Positions 23,788 to 37,517 are shown, counted from the whole stretch's first letter. The stretch: DNA of 63,931 nt, filler included, from Octopus bimaculoides (GCF_001194135.2; 6 parts of 5 records of this genome joined end to end with filler, not necessarily neighbours in it); one strand, 5' to 3'. The notes: a model not told the origin generated them from the sequence alone. Made by a program: numbers and translations.

Positions 23788-25682
23788 NNNNNNNNNNTAG
23801 ATGATCTACTGATTCATCAGCATATTACTGCTACATTATATATTGTGGTAACCCTGGTGACTTGAGAGTTGCGTAATGTATTACACATTCTTATAGATAT
23901 TGTGCATTATACGTACCTGACTGTGCGATGTTATGTCACAGCAAAGACTCTCAATACGATAATTGTTGTAGCTACCAGGTAACCCATTCGCCTGTCTTTT
24001 TCATATATATATATATAGTTGTGTGATTTTTTAGATATCTATTTATAGTACAAGCAGCCGGGTAGACTAGGTCAGTATGGATAGTCCCTTTCTAGATGAA
24101 TGTGAACGATTGGTTTTTAAGTATGGGTTCGGTTACATATTTTCGCCATATTACCCTGGAACGCTCTGAAGGTGCCCACGGACGACATTGCTTTGTTAAG
24201 CTGAACGACTGTTTAACAACATCGTCTATCTAGATAACCTAAGCGCATCGTAAAAGGAAATATCCGGAGCCAGAATCAGAATTGGAATTGAACACTTGCT
24301 ACAGAATTGAATTTTCTCGCCTGGCAACTTTTTGGTATTCTGTTCACCTAGCCATTTATCTGAAGGTGTATTTTTTTCTAAGCAATTCATTGGTTCACTG
24401 GTGATTAAATATGCCATTTTCTTTAAGTCACAGATTTTAATTTGGATATGAAACTTTCTTCAAACCGATATAATTGTTTATAATGAAATATTTAGTTTAA
24501 ATATTAATTTGTCTGGGAGCACCAGTGAATGACTATGTATTAAGACTACCATTTATTTTAATGATTAAGAAAACTTCCAATAATCTAAGCATAACATTCC
24601 ATTCCTGCCTGGAATAACGTTACTGCAATAAATGTTCACATCGTTAAACAAAATGCATGAACGTTACAATTTCTGTCTAGTCACTTAATAGAGTTAATGT
24701 TACGCTTATTTTTTTATTTCGTATCCCATGTTATGACTTCCCAAGCATGGCGTTGAAAAATACGCATTGCTTTTCTAACTGTTCACATCCTATATACACA
24801 AGTCAGTAAGTTGTTCAAAAACGAGATCGTCCCTGACTATTTTTAGCCTTCTATATTCAGAAAGTTATTTTTAGTGGTATGCGGAAAATTTAATGGATAT
24901 CATTGGACTCTATATTCGCAATTATTATTAATTTAACTTTTTGAGAAAATCAAAATAAACCAAGAACAGCCAATAAATAGAGAGGAACATTTACTGCAGC
25001 GACACACAAACGCGTTTATTAAGAAAGTGGTTGAAATATGTTGGACAGTTAAATATGACAGTATCGCTTATAGACGACCAAGTGTGTGTGAAATAGTCTC
25101 GTTGCATTTGTAACCAGAAAAGAGAAACGGAAGTAGAGGATGTGCTTTACCAACACCGAATTTACATCTAACTATAAATAAATTTTACTGCATCAATCTA
25201 AAGAGTAAAGCTTGATTCCCTAATTCATCCTCTTAAAAACAGTTACTTACATTGCCTTACAATAACACTTTATCGCCTTAAAAATTTGCAGAGTTAAAAC
25301 ACATATTGAGTAGTTTTTATATAAAGTGCATAAGAAGCACGAATATGAAATATGCAAAAGCAACAAGCCAAGAAACTCAAAGGTCTGGGCTTGTTTTTAT
25401 TCATCTCCAACAAACCTTTCTCACTGAATATATTTCTCTTCAGATTGATTGCAAAGCTCAAAAGAAATGCTTGATTCTCATACCAATATGCAACTCAACA
25501 GTGCTTATAAGTCAATTGCTCTGTACCATATTCACTCAAGCTCTTTTTTGATAAGTTGCGTAACTACATATTGAGTGCAGTCACAGTACTCATGTTATAT
25601 GTTGTTGGTCATATCAGGTGGGAAAAGTTTCCACTTTGCTATGCTTATATGTTCTAATATAACTTTCATTTGCAAATCGTAT

Positions 25683-25860
25683 TGTGTGGTAAGTAGCTTG
25701 CTTACCAACCACATGGTTCCGGGTTCAGTCCCACTGCGTGGCACCTTGGGCAAGTGTCTTCTACTATAGCCTCAGGCCGACCAAGGCCTTGTGAGTGGAT
25801 TTGGTATACGGAAACTGAAAGAAACCCGTCGTATATATGTATATATATATATATATATAT
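25683..25860 (+). mobile_element. SINE family B, running into a gap
   Basis: High similarity to the 23532 copy. Confidence 0.88.
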
Positions 25861-25960
25861 NNNNNNNNNNNNNNNNNNNNNNNNNNNNNNNNNNNNNNNN
25901 NNNNTTAATTAATTAANNNNNNNNNNNNNNNNNNNNNNNNNNNNNNNNNNNNNNNNNNNN

Positions 25961-25999
<39 letters not shown>

Positions 26000-27157
26000 C
26001 TCTCTGTTATTTTGTTTCTTTTTGTCTATATATTATTGCTATAAAATTTGTTTAATCACAGTTTTGTTTTCAACTTTGTCATGGGTTGGATTGGTCTACA
26101 ACTTACCAAAAATGTTACTTTTCTCCAATTTTGCATCATATGTTGTATTAGCCTTAATATATTGAAATATAAACTTTATCCTTTTATCATCATCTTTAGC
26201 AGGAGCATCATCGTCATTATTTTCTCGTCCAGTATTTTTCCAAGGTCCCCTTCCATGACAAGCATCTTTTTCTCTTACCACACAAGACTTAATAGACGTG
26301 TAATAATTACCAATTTACCAAAAAATGACTCTGTTTTAGACTTTACTGCTTGTTTGCCACCCACCATCTTATAGTAGCTAGCAGAACCATCTACAAGGTC
26401 ACTACTTGTTAGAAACAGCAACTAAATCTCCCTCAAATCTTACCTCCCATATGTCTCATGAAATTATGGATCTGCATTTGGATATTTCCTCTTCAAATGT
26501 ACTCTTTTAATAGTTGTGTGTGTGTGTTTCCATGCACATGCATGTGCATGTTTGTATGGGTATACATACATAAAGCCAATAGTTTCTCATGTAAATCTCT
26601 CCTCTCTGTGTCACTGATGTTGTCCATCTGAATGTTATGAGCCAACTCACCTCAGCACACTAACAATTCAACCAGTCCACTGCTTTGGAGTAATTCTATA
26701 TTCATCAACCCCCAAAAGGACAAAAGGTTAATATAACCCTAGCAGGGTTTAAATAAAGTCTACATAGAAGATAGAAATTCTGTTATTGGTTCATCTAGAA
26801 ATTTTAGTTGTTTACTATTAGTGTTTGCTCTCAATGAGTAGAACTAGCTGTGACTATTTCTATTTTGACAGAGTCCATTATTGGCTCATCTCAAAACTGT
26901 TCAATAATTTGAGCTGTCTTGTAGTGCCAAATTAAAACCTCCCAACAGAATATAATGACTACACTCTTGAAAAAGATTATGTGACATAGTAAAACAACCA
27001 GTTATACAGTGAACTCTATGCTAAAATAAAGACACTTTAAAAAGAAAACGATAAAACAGCTAGTTGTGACCTCATTGTCAAATAACACACTTTAAAAGAA
27101 TGACATTAATAGAAAGTCATTTGTGAAGTGACCTCAGTGCCTCACTACACGTTCCCT

Positions 27158-27315
27158 TAACCTTTTTGTAACTATATTTCTGTTAAAATACACTGCCATT
27201 TTTCAAATTAATTTTGAAAATGGTGAAGAATTTAGTAAAATTACTTTGTCATTATTAAGCTGCTGTTTGGTACTTAAATTAACATAAAATTTTAATGGAA
27301 GATTTTTAGATTATT
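27158..27315. mobile_element. Partial MITE-like repeat with a TTAA-CC terminus (piggyBac-like)
   Basis: Begins TTAACCTTTTTGTAACTATATTTCTGTTAAAATACACTGCC; second terminus not found. Confidence 0.35.
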
Positions 27316-28730
27316 TTGAAACAAAGAAAAAATGTTAAAAAAGGAATTACACACTATAAAATAGTCAGTTTTGAGAACTGATCTCTGTGCCAAACTAAAG
27401 AATCCCTTTTGCTAATGGAGTAAAATAACAAAAATATCAATTACAATAGTAGTTTCTTACATAGGCACAAGGACGAAAATTTGAAGGATTGGGATAGTTG
27501 AGTAAATTAACCTCTGTATTTAACTAGAATACATCCGTCCACACAGATTGGGAGATCAAGGCAAATTGACATAATATTGTTGTCAAGGACAGATGGGAAG
27601 AGGTGCTTCCTCATCGAAGAATCCACCCCAGCAGACAATATTAAATGTCAGTTATGAAGATCTGGATATTGAGACAACCAGAATGTGGGGACTAAACATA
27701 GAAATAATCTCTACAATGAAAAGGAGTGATGTGGGTGGTGTTTTTCGGGTATTGTTAAAAATGCAGATAAGTACATAACCAAAATGCCAGGTTTTACAAA
27801 TATGCACAACATAGAAAATACCACCAAAAGGCACTGCACACACATTATGCAGACATATTACCTTCAATGCACACAAATTACATATTATATATCACTACAC
27901 GACACAATAGAAAATACAAAACCAAAATAAAAACACTACACATACCCAAGGCACACAGAACTGCTCTTAGTTTTGCAGTAAAAACAAGAAATAAAAAATG
28001 GCTACAGAAAAGAAACGACATTAAAACAGTTAGTTTGTGAGGTGAACTTGGAAGTTTTTATGTCTCCAAAATGTTACTGCTGCCACAATCACCACCACCG
28101 TCATCACGACCGCCACCACCACCATCATCACAACTACTACCGTCATCATCATCTAGTCATAGGCATGACATTGCCTTCTACAGCATTATTAAAATTTATC
28201 ACACTGTATGCACTACATTCCTTACAATCCTATACATCATGTCAGTCCATAACTCTCTAGTGGCAAATAATTCATTTACATGATTTCAATAGCAACATTT
28301 TGCTGTGACAGCAAACATAGCATGGCTGTCTGTTATGCTTTGTAGTTGAGCCTAAATCTCTAGGTTTATTTAACAAATTTGCAACTAATATGAAACCTTT
28401 ATATATACATATATATGTGTGTGTATGAGTGTGCTTATATATATATATATAAACATATATACTCACTCTCTTTCTCTCTTTTTCTTTGTGTTTCTCTTCC
28501 TTGGTTTCAGTATTATTTATTTTTGTTCTTGTATTGTATTTGGTTTTGCATTTCTTTCTCTTTTGCTTGTTGCATTTTTGTTTTTTTTCTTTCTCTCCTC
28601 CCTGTAACTGCCTCTGTTCTAGTGAGCAGACTTGATGGGATCAAAGAGATTGAGTTTGAAATATTCTAATAGGCTGGAGAGACTGAAGGTTATTTATTCA
28701 TTATCAATGGTTTGCCTTCCTCTCTCTCAT

Positions 28731-28772
<42 letters not shown>

Positions 28773-28879
28773 ATACCTCTTCCTTCTAACCTCACTATCT
28801 CTCATTGCATTTTTGTCATTTCTAATGAAAACCCAAACTAAATAATAACAACAACAACAATAATAATAATGATGGTGAT

Positions 28880-29345
28880 GATTTCAAATTTTGGCACAAG
28901 GCCAGCGATTCCAGGGAGTGGGTAAATCGATTGCATCGACCCCAGTGCTCAGCTGGTACTTATTCTATTGACCCTGAAAGGATGAAAGGTAAAGTCAAAC
29001 TTAGCTGCATTTGAACTCAAAATATAAAAAGGACGAAATGCCGCTAAGCATCTTACCTGGAACGGTAGTAATTCTGCCAGCCCGTAGCCTTTATAATAAT
29101 AATAATAATGACGATGAAGATTATGATTTCTAATAGGAGCACAAGGCCAGCAATTTTTGAGGGGTGGGATTTAGTTGAAACCATTGACCCCTGTCTTTGA
29201 CTCATATTTCACTTTATAGACCCTGAATTTATGACAGACAAAATTGACTTCAGCAGGGATTGCTCTCAGAACACAAAGGTGCCAGAATAAGTACTGCAAG
29301 GTATTTTGTCTGACACTTTAATAATTCTGCAATACATTGGCACAT
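28880..29345 (-). mobile_element. Two tandem family A SINEs (about 28880-29092 and 29125-29345)
   Basis: GGCACAAGGCCAGC...CGACCCCAGT...CCTGAAAGGATGAAAGG...CCGCTAAGCAT...TTCTGCCAGC, separated by (AAT)n. Confidence 0.82.
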
Positions 29346-29495
29346 AGCCCCATAATTTGGAGTGAGAACTGTCAATGTAATTGGTTCAGGTTTTTGATTT
29401 TATTTGTTACTCGCCCACAAGAATGAAAGGCAGAATTGGGTTTAGCAGGATGTATAGCCAAAACAATGATGATGATGACAATGATGAAGGCAGTG

Positions 29496-29541
<46 letters not shown>

Positions 29542-30269
29542 TAAATACACTATGTATAACTGCGATGATGATGATGAATAATCTTAATAACAGTTTTATG
29601 TTTTCATTCATCATCATCGTTTTATACCTTGGTGAATGATGATCTGGAAAATAGATTAATGATAAAGATGATGACGAATGTTGTGAATTTTGATGAGTGA
29701 TGAAGAGGTTGATGATGACAATGATGACAATGATAGTCACCAATCACTATGTTCCAGACAGAAAGAGCACCAACATTTTTTAAATATTTTTATTGCCAGC
29801 TTAGACATAAAACTCAGCTAACAGAAACAACAACAAGAGCAGCAACAACAGACATTGTTGATATTGTTGTTATTATTATTGTATCTCTATCCTACACCTC
29901 TTCCTTCTCCTCCTTAGCCAGTCTTTAACCAATTGATGCTTTGCTGTTGCAGGATCAATAAAAGATAGAAAAGTGTCATTAGCAAAAGGCATTTAAACAG
30001 CTGCGATAGTAATATAATCCTTTTTTATGTTCTAGCCTCTTACATCAAACATTCAGTGACCATTTCCTCCTCCACCAGCACCACCACCACCACTACTATC
30101 GCGATTACCACCACCACCACCACTACATCCATTACAGCATTCCCAATTAAAAGAGCAGCATCAATGACCACACCTTCACCATGTGACCCACATCATAAAT
30201 CAGAAGAAAAAAAAAACAAACAAAAAACATACAGTGTTACTGCAGTTTTATCTGACAACATCTAACTTG

Positions 30270-30495
30270 TATATGTTTGCTTGACCCTCTAGAAACAACA
30301 GTGAAATCTCTCTCAAATCAGGTTACATGACTGTCTCTTCTTTTTAAAATAGGAATAAAAAAAAATAAGAGAATGCAGTGTGGCAATATATTCATGGATA
30401 TTCACAAAAGAAAAAAAAACACTTTAGTGAAGGCTAGGAAATCTTTGATCATAGGTCTGCCTGATCACTGCTGACCTGGGGTTAAGCAACAACAT
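30270..30495 (+). repeat. Interspersed repeat family D (~220 bp); further copies near 26380-26480, 33410-33600 and 36790-36960
   Basis: Shared AGAAACA(G/A)CA...AAATCTCCCTCAAATC block and TTTGATCATAGG(T/C)CTG...CTGAC..GGG..TAA.CA(A/G)CAAC tail. Confidence 0.6.
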
Positions 30496-30631
30496 GTAGT
30501 CCCCATCGTTAGACTTTACAAGAATCTTGTTGATATATATAAATATATATTACAGTTCTATATTTAAGAGATGAGGAATTATGTACATTATTTATATTTG
30601 ACGGATATTTGTCCTCATCTTGTTTGTTGTT

Positions 30632-30674
30632 AACACGTTTCAGCTGATATACCCTCCAGCCTTCTTCAGGTGTC
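30632..30674 (-). ncRNA. Minimal type I hammerhead-like motif (left copy, 3-nt deletion after GAAAC)
   Basis: Minus strand GACAC-CTGAAGA-AGGCTGGAGGGTATATCAGCT-GAAAC-GTGTT. Confidence 0.65.
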
Positions 30675-30721
30675 TTGGGGAGATTTCAAACCTGGGTTAT
30701 CATTCCTAAGGTATTTTTTTA

Positions 30722-30773
<52 letters not shown>

Positions 30774-30825
30774 ATTATTTTTATTATTATCATTATTATT
30801 ATTATTATTATTATTTAGACAGTGA

Positions 30826-30880
<55 letters not shown>

Positions 30881-30934
30881 AATACCATCGAAAAATACCT
30901 TAGAAATGAGTACCCAAGTTCGAAATTTCCAAAA

Positions 30935-30980
30935 GACACCTGATGAAGGCTGGAGAGTATATCAGCCAAAACGTTGTGTT
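30935..30980 (+). ncRNA. Minimal type I hammerhead-like motif (right copy, GAAA changed to AAAA)
   Basis: GACAC-CTGATGA-A-GGCTG-GAGAGTATAT-CAGCC-AAAAC-GTT-GTGTT; stem I GACAC/GTGTT, stem II GGCTG/CAGCC, palindromic AACGTT. Confidence 0.7.
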
Positions 30981-32571
30981 AACAACAAACAAGATAAGGA
31001 TAAATATCCGTCAAATGTAAATAATGTAAATAATATAAATATATATATTATGTATTAACAGTAAGGTTTCAACAAGTAGAACAGCACTCGATTAGCAAAG
31101 AGAGTTAAGATAACATTATAATAAAAGCCATAAGTCTTGTTAAATACAGCTACCCAGGTTTTTCTGATCGAAATAATTTATTTCACTATTTTTCAAGCTA
31201 GAACAAGACCATTGGTCAGTTGCCTTTTGAGCAGAGAATGTTTAAACAAGAGAAACTGGTAAGGAAGAAGACAGTACAGCTTGTTTGACCATTCCATAGA
31301 TTATTCCATTACACATCAACTTTTCTCTAAGGAGAAGAAGCTTGTAGTTCTCATTCAACCATTCCCCACTTCTGGAGTGGAGGATTCTGTAAGTGCTTTG
31401 CCGTGACCCTTCTCACACAACAATATAGTTGATTCCAAGAGAGAGAGAAAGGGAGAGAAAGAGAGAGAGAGTAGAATGAAGTCCTGTATTTGATTGGTAC
31501 TCCAAAGTTCAACTTCATGAGAATAAAAGGCAAAATTGATTTTGGCAATATTTAAAATCAGAGCCCTGAGAGCTGGAATAAATATCTCCAAGCAATCTAT
31601 CTGACACCCAAACAATTCTGCCAATTTCCTGGTTGTACGTCTATCTATTGACCTGTCTTTGCATATGCACGCACTCACACGCACACATACATATGTACAC
31701 ACACATACTTTAAAGTATTGAGTAATTTATTTACTCTGTGTGTGTTCATTGCTTTAACAGCGTTTGTTATACTTTTATTGGGATTCTTTTTATTCATATT
31801 TTTTTTTTTAAAGTTTTGTTTTGACTTCTACCGCCATGCTTGATCATGGCAGCAGGGTGGAGAATTCTTTAAAACATTTTTCCTTTTGGCATTTGTTTGG
31901 TGTGTGTGCGTGCGTGCATGCGTGTGTGTGTGTGTGTGTGTGCGTGCATGCGTGTGTGTGTGTGTGCGTGTGTGCACATGTGTGCATACATGTGTATGTG
32001 TGTTAGATATATCAATGCAATCATCACCTTCCTATCTTGACAGCACTAACAACTGTAGGTCAAAATATCACATTGCATCATTTCTCAGAGCAGTCCAGTG
32101 GCCTGACTTAATAGAGTGATCACTCTCTAATTTAAGTCCTGCCATTGACTCTGTCCTCATTTCACCCATCATTGGACATTTCTAATTGTGGTTCAACGAA
32201 TGTGGGCTGGTGTGGGTTGTATGGGTGTGAGTCTCACTTTTGTTTGCCATGGCATGCCTTTGTTCTCTGCTTCCATACATCAAAATAACTGGCTCTTTAT
32301 TTAATTAAAATAAAATGCCAACTCTTCTTCAACTTTACTTTAGTATAAGCTGTGTTGGCCTTTGCTGGTGTTTGTTGTTGATGTTACTGTTGTCATTTAA
32401 CCTCAGATCAATCCTACTTCAGCTAGCTTATAATAAAAAAAACAAAAAGCATCCCAGCCATAACTATCCCATTTTCAATGGAAACAGCAGGTCTCTGACC
32501 ACATTAGCCAGTGTTCACTTTTGTAAACACTACAGGATGAATTGAGGGAGATTTTACTTTATTTTTAGCAG

Positions 32572-32607
<36 letters not shown>

Positions 32608-33017
32608 TTCTGCCCAATACCACAGATTTGCTTGTCAGTTGTCTGACCATAACCAATTGAACACACTCCTAAGTGACTGACGATATGTGCATCTCTGACC
32701 ACAAGCAGTAGTTGGGGAGTATCATAGCTTATGTGAATTCTTTGGGGTTTGAATAATTTAATTCTGAGAACATGGTTGTTTTGTTCAACATCCTTAATCC
32801 TTATTCAGGGACCTTTTGAGCAGGATGGGCTACTCGACCAGAAGAAAAATTTAACAGGGCCCCCACCTGCAAGATCATATGGTATAAGATCACCATATGG
32901 TTGTGATGCATGTGCCTGGTGTACCCCTATCAGATAGGTAATCATGATGGGTGTATTAGGTTTTGTATATTTGTACCCCAGTGTTACTTTGATGACATGT
33001 GCTGTTCTCTCGATCAA
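32608..33017 (-). mobile_element. Non-coding retroelement fragment flanked on both sides by (AAT)n; possibly R4/Dong-related
   Basis: Unique ~410-bp GC-richer block between (AAT)n at 32575-32607 and 33017-33036; family assignment is inference from the target. Confidence 0.4.
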
Positions 33018-33599
33018 TAATAATAATAATAATAATGAACTTATTGTATACAGTGCTCAGGTGCACTACAATTCAGTAGAAGAGGTAAGCAAAATTGCAT
33101 GAACAATACAATGAATATGCAGAGAAAGTGAACAGTGAATAAGTCTTTAAAAATTAACCTACCAAATAGAGAATCACTCATTTGCTATTTTTTATTGCTT
33201 GAATCCTAACCCAAATTAGCCCTGTTCAAACAGATCTAAAATCATCTGGACTCGATTCATATATGTCTCAGTCATGACTTACAAGGAGGCACCGAGAAAA
33301 CTCTATTGCATTCCTCCATGAAAATTCCATAGCAGTCACATAGCAACAACCAATGATACAAAGATGGAAGGATTATCTTCAAAACTGGATCAATATATGG
33401 CAATGAGAGTGGAGGTTCTATGTGATTGCTTAACCTGTAGTCAGATTCCCCTCAAATCATTTTATATTAAAAAGGGAATGACACATTGAATGATGTCATA
33501 GATATGTTATATTTTGAAGGCAAGAACATCATAGGTAAAACCTTTTTGGTCAGAGGTCAGTTTGATTAAGACTGACCAATTGGAACATAAAGTGTAACT

Positions 33600-33810
33600 C
33601 TGATTTCAATTATAATCACCATCGTTTAACATCCATATTCTATACTGGCATATTTTGGATGGTTTGACAGGACCTAATTAGTTCAAGGACTGCATCATGC
33701 TTCAGTGTTTGCTTTGGAGGGGTTTCTATGGCTGGATGGTCTTCCTAATGTCAACCACTTAACGATGTGAACTGGATGCTTTTTTTTTATGTCACCAGCA
33801 CTAGTGAGGT
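33600..33810 (-). mobile_element. Diverged RTE-type 3' tail fragment
   Basis: CATCGTTTAACATCC...GGTTTCTATGGCTGGATG..CTTCCTAATGTCAACCAC resembles 61755-61975 and the reverse complement of the RTE end at 57760-57790. Confidence 0.65.
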
Positions 33811-33859
33811 CATTATACAGTTTGCAAGACTATGTATTTTGAGGTGACCGTATTCTGTC

Positions 33860-34330
33860 ATTTTTTACTTTTTTTTATAATTTGTTAGAGAATGAGAGAG
33901 ACAACCCTTAACCTGAGTAAGTTCTCTTAAATTGGGGAGGTTCGTGTTCAGTTTGATCCTCTGGGTGTTGATGCCTGTAGAAAAAGGAAAAAAAAAAGGC
34001 CAGGAGTTAGAGAGTTTCAGAGAACTGCAGTTCTAGAAAGATATCGACAAAGAGTGACATGGTTGAAAAGGAGTCCACAGCTGGAAAGGAAGAATTGAAG
34101 TGTTTAGTTTGGAGTTTGGAAGGTGTGAGCTGGTAAAGATGAAGGGGGAAAGAGCATGATCGAGAGACAAGTGGGTAAGGTGGATTGAGTAGGAGGTGGT
34201 CTTCAAAGTAGAAAAGTAGCAGAGGCCATTATGGAAACTGTAGAATAGAGTGGGTGAACAATATGTATTCATAAGCCAGTGATTGTAGTGAGTTGGTGAG
34301 TGAATAATATTTCTTCTTGGAGATGGTCTA
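33860..34330 (-). mobile_element. 3' fragment of a CR1/L2-like LINE
   Basis: Minus frame TLFYSFHNGLC...HLPNSKLN...QLW resembles the SLFYRYxNGxCS...LWNSLP C-terminus; A-rich tail near 33860. Confidence 0.5.
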
Positions 34331-35284
34331 TGATATCAGTATATACAGTAAGAACAATAACAGCAGCATATATGATACATGGGCATATACTCTACTCTGA
34401 TGTCAATCACAGAGGTTCAGCAATAGATTAAGCATGAAGTATTTTCTATACCTAAAACTTCTACATTCTGGTCTGGTTACATTCTATTTTCACCTTGTTT
34501 CACTTTGTCTTCTTACTTCCTCTGGTGTTAATTAATTTTTTTTCTTTTTTTACTTGTTTCAATCGTTAGACTGTGGCCATGATGGGGCACCACCTTGGAG
34601 AATTTGTAGTCAAATAAATTGACCCCAGTACTTTTTTTTTATGCCTGGTACTTAAAAAAAAAGCATTGGAATTTAATACAATCAACTAAATAAAAACCTG
34701 GTGCCTCACACTGGCTGAAGTCCAATGACTAAAACCCATAAGAGCAGTAAAATGCAATAAAAGAACATCTGTTGAATCTTTTGCCAGAGCTCATCATGAT
34801 CATCATCATTTTCATATAATCTCCAGCACTTGGAATATTCAGCCAAAAACAGTTCAATGGGAGTCATTAAATGAATAAAAAAAATGACCTACATTTTTCC
34901 CCTTTAATAGTCATTTAGTTTGTTTTCTTTTCTTTAATGGTCCACCTTTTGCTACCAAAAGACCGACTATTCTTCTTGTCCTGAATGTTGACACCTACCC
35001 TCTGGCTCTAGACTTCAAATGAAATCTGTGGATTCTATTTCTTTAGTACACAACATTATTATTGCTTACCATATTCTATTTTCTCTTTGTATTTTTATGT
35101 TATTTCTTTTTTTTTTTCTTTTGATCTTTAGATTTGATTCTACTTCCATTTCTTTCATCTTTCATTTAATATAATTCTGCATTTTGGCAGCCAGTAAGAC
35201 ATCCATTACCTAATACAGGCATAGTGAAGAAGCTCTCACTATGAACGTACTCTCACACATGCGCACGTACACACACATACACAC

Positions 35285-35316
<32 letters not shown>

Positions 35317-35679
35317 ATGTACTGAGACACAAACACTGCATATGCAGAGATACACACTTATACGCATTCACATGCACAGAGGTTCATACAATGAAACAAA
35401 CACTTACATACACACACACTCACATGCTCTCAAACTCATACATATGCACAGACTCTCAACACATACACACACATACACACACACACATGCTCAGACACTC
35501 ATTCACACACTCAAGCACATAAGCACAAACACACACACTCTAACATTCACTCATTCTCAAGCTCACGTGTATAGAGCTATGCTGATACAAACACTTACGC
35601 ACACACACACATTCATCCATCTATATGAACGATGACTGTGATTTAAAACTCTTTTATCACACATGGTTTAAAGGATTTT

Positions 35680-35900
35680 TTTATGCCAATACACCAGTAA
35701 CCCTGGGTTTTCTCAGTTCCCACTTCTGCTCATCTTGTCTGTTCCTGATCTGCTCAGACTTGATGGCACCTTTTTGTATAAGCTTACACTTGGTAGAAGT
35801 CTCCGCAACAAGGTCTTCTGCCCCACCACTAACTCTGGATTAACGTTCAAGTCTTTTAGGGAGGTTTTGAGAGTATTTTCATAAGATTAACAGCGTCCAC
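35680..35900 (-). mobile_element. RTE-BovB-like ORF C-terminal fragment
   Basis: YENTLKTSLKDLNVNPE...EDLVAETSTKCKLIQKGAIKSEQIRNRQDEQKWELRKPR. Confidence 0.6.
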
Positions 35901-36429
35901 AAAATGATCAGTTCTTCTGCACTGACTCACTGGGAAAAAAGTGCTTTGAATATCAATTATTATCCACTCTGGTAGTCACACACACGCACATATGCGTGCA
36001 TGCTGGGATATACACATTCAAACATATATGCAGGCATATATGAAGAAATATATGTATACAGTGAATAGCACATTTTCTCAGTCACATACATAGAGTGAAT
36101 AACACACAGACATAATACACACACACACCACATGGCACTGATACAATCTTTCACTGATTTACTTTGTCATATAGTTCAGTATATCTTATTTTCTATAATG
36201 GTGGAATTAAAAAATAAAACAAACAATCTATTAAGTCTGAGTATTATTTACATAGTACAAAACATTAATTATCTTAACTCCTAAATCAAAAAAAAAAAAA
36301 TAATAGTAAAGACCCACAAAATTATGCCCCTACTTTCACTTCAGTAGTTTTGCAAAAGAAGTGGGGCTAACAATGTAATATGATAAACAGAGGCTTCCTG
36401 TTTAATATACAATGGCACTCTACCCTAAC

Positions 36430-36681
36430 AGCTTTTTGAGCCACATGTACCTTTATTTAATATTCTGCAACCATCGGCATCAGTTTTGATGCTGAACAAA
36501 AATATAGAATGAATTTTTCTCCCATTTCTTTGCTGGAGATAGCATCAATCTAGCATCACAGAGTAAGGTATCAACTTCAGATCTTAGAAAGCAGATACTA
36601 TCAAGCATACTCCTGTGAGATTCTTCTTCTTTTTACTCGTCTGCCTTTTCCTTTTAAGTTTGATGAATCTAAAAATAGACA
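36430..36681 (-). other. Possible 3'-terminal exon of an unidentified minus-strand gene
   Basis: Minus-strand acceptor TCTATTTTTAG; phase-1 frame SSNLKGKGRRVKRRRISQEYA then stop; AATAAA about 160 nt downstream; no convincing upstream exon found. Confidence 0.2.
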
Positions 36682-37480
36682 TAAATAGTATCCTGCTGAA
36701 TCAGCAGCTGAGACTATAGGTTCTTCACTAAATTGTTGGGACTCTCTATTGCAATCCTAATGATGAGAGACAAGCAAATAGGAGATCAAGGTGATTGCTC
36801 AGTCTTCTTGAAATAGCCAAAATTCCCTCAAATAACTCCTCTCATTTTACAAATGTAACTGATACATTATATAATGTAAATGGCAGGATGATCACAATTG
36901 CAGTGCTATTGATCATAGGCCTGATTGTTCAGGGCTGACTCGGGACTAAACAGCAACAAATATAGCTGCAGATATGACAACAACAAGGAAGTCATTACAT
37001 AGTTGCTTGATATACCAGAAATAGTGACCATAGCTACTTCGAATAATACATCTAACAACCAAGAAAAAAGAACAAAACAAAAGGACACTAAAAATGATGC
37101 ACTTCAATATACCTTAAAAAGTGGGATGGTCAGGGTGGGAATATCTGGATACACCCATATCATTACTCTAGGAATGACATGAGTGATTCCACCTTGGCTG
37201 GAATAAAGAGTTATAGGTTGTATTTGAGAGAGATAGCTTAAAACATTTACTGTATAACATCATTCATAAATTATGCAATAACCATCAGTTTCAGCCTTCT
37301 GTAAATATTTTATGAAAATTTAATACACGACACAAATTCATGACTAGAGGCTGATGTATATATGTATGTGTGTTTACTATGATAATGTACATTTTATATA
37401 TGTGTGTGTGTTTTATGTATGTATGTATATATATATATATATATTTATAATTCATCATTTGACTGACTTGTCTAGGGGTT

Positions 37481-37517
<37 letters not shown>

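Larger units (their letters stand above)
30580..31035. mobile_element. Inverted pair of Penelope-like pseudo-LTR fragments around a microsatellite spacer
   Basis: 30590-30720 is the reverse complement of 30890-31030 with scattered mismatches; spacer is (GTT)n(ATT)n...(AAT)n. Confidence 0.85.

Noticed and set aside
25905-25916. TTAATTAATTAA recurring at 25905, 38425, 48787, 54310 and 62020
   Set aside because: Always centred in a 100-nt N block; a synthetic all-frame stop spacer from the assembly pipeline, not biological
27593-27778. 61-aa ORF MGRGASSSKNPP...
   Set aside because: No recognisable motif and weak splice signals; length expected by chance
32110-32200. Minus-strand ATGATG...CTGA as a C/D snoRNA
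   Set aside because: No terminal stem or recognisable guide; the motifs are common by chance
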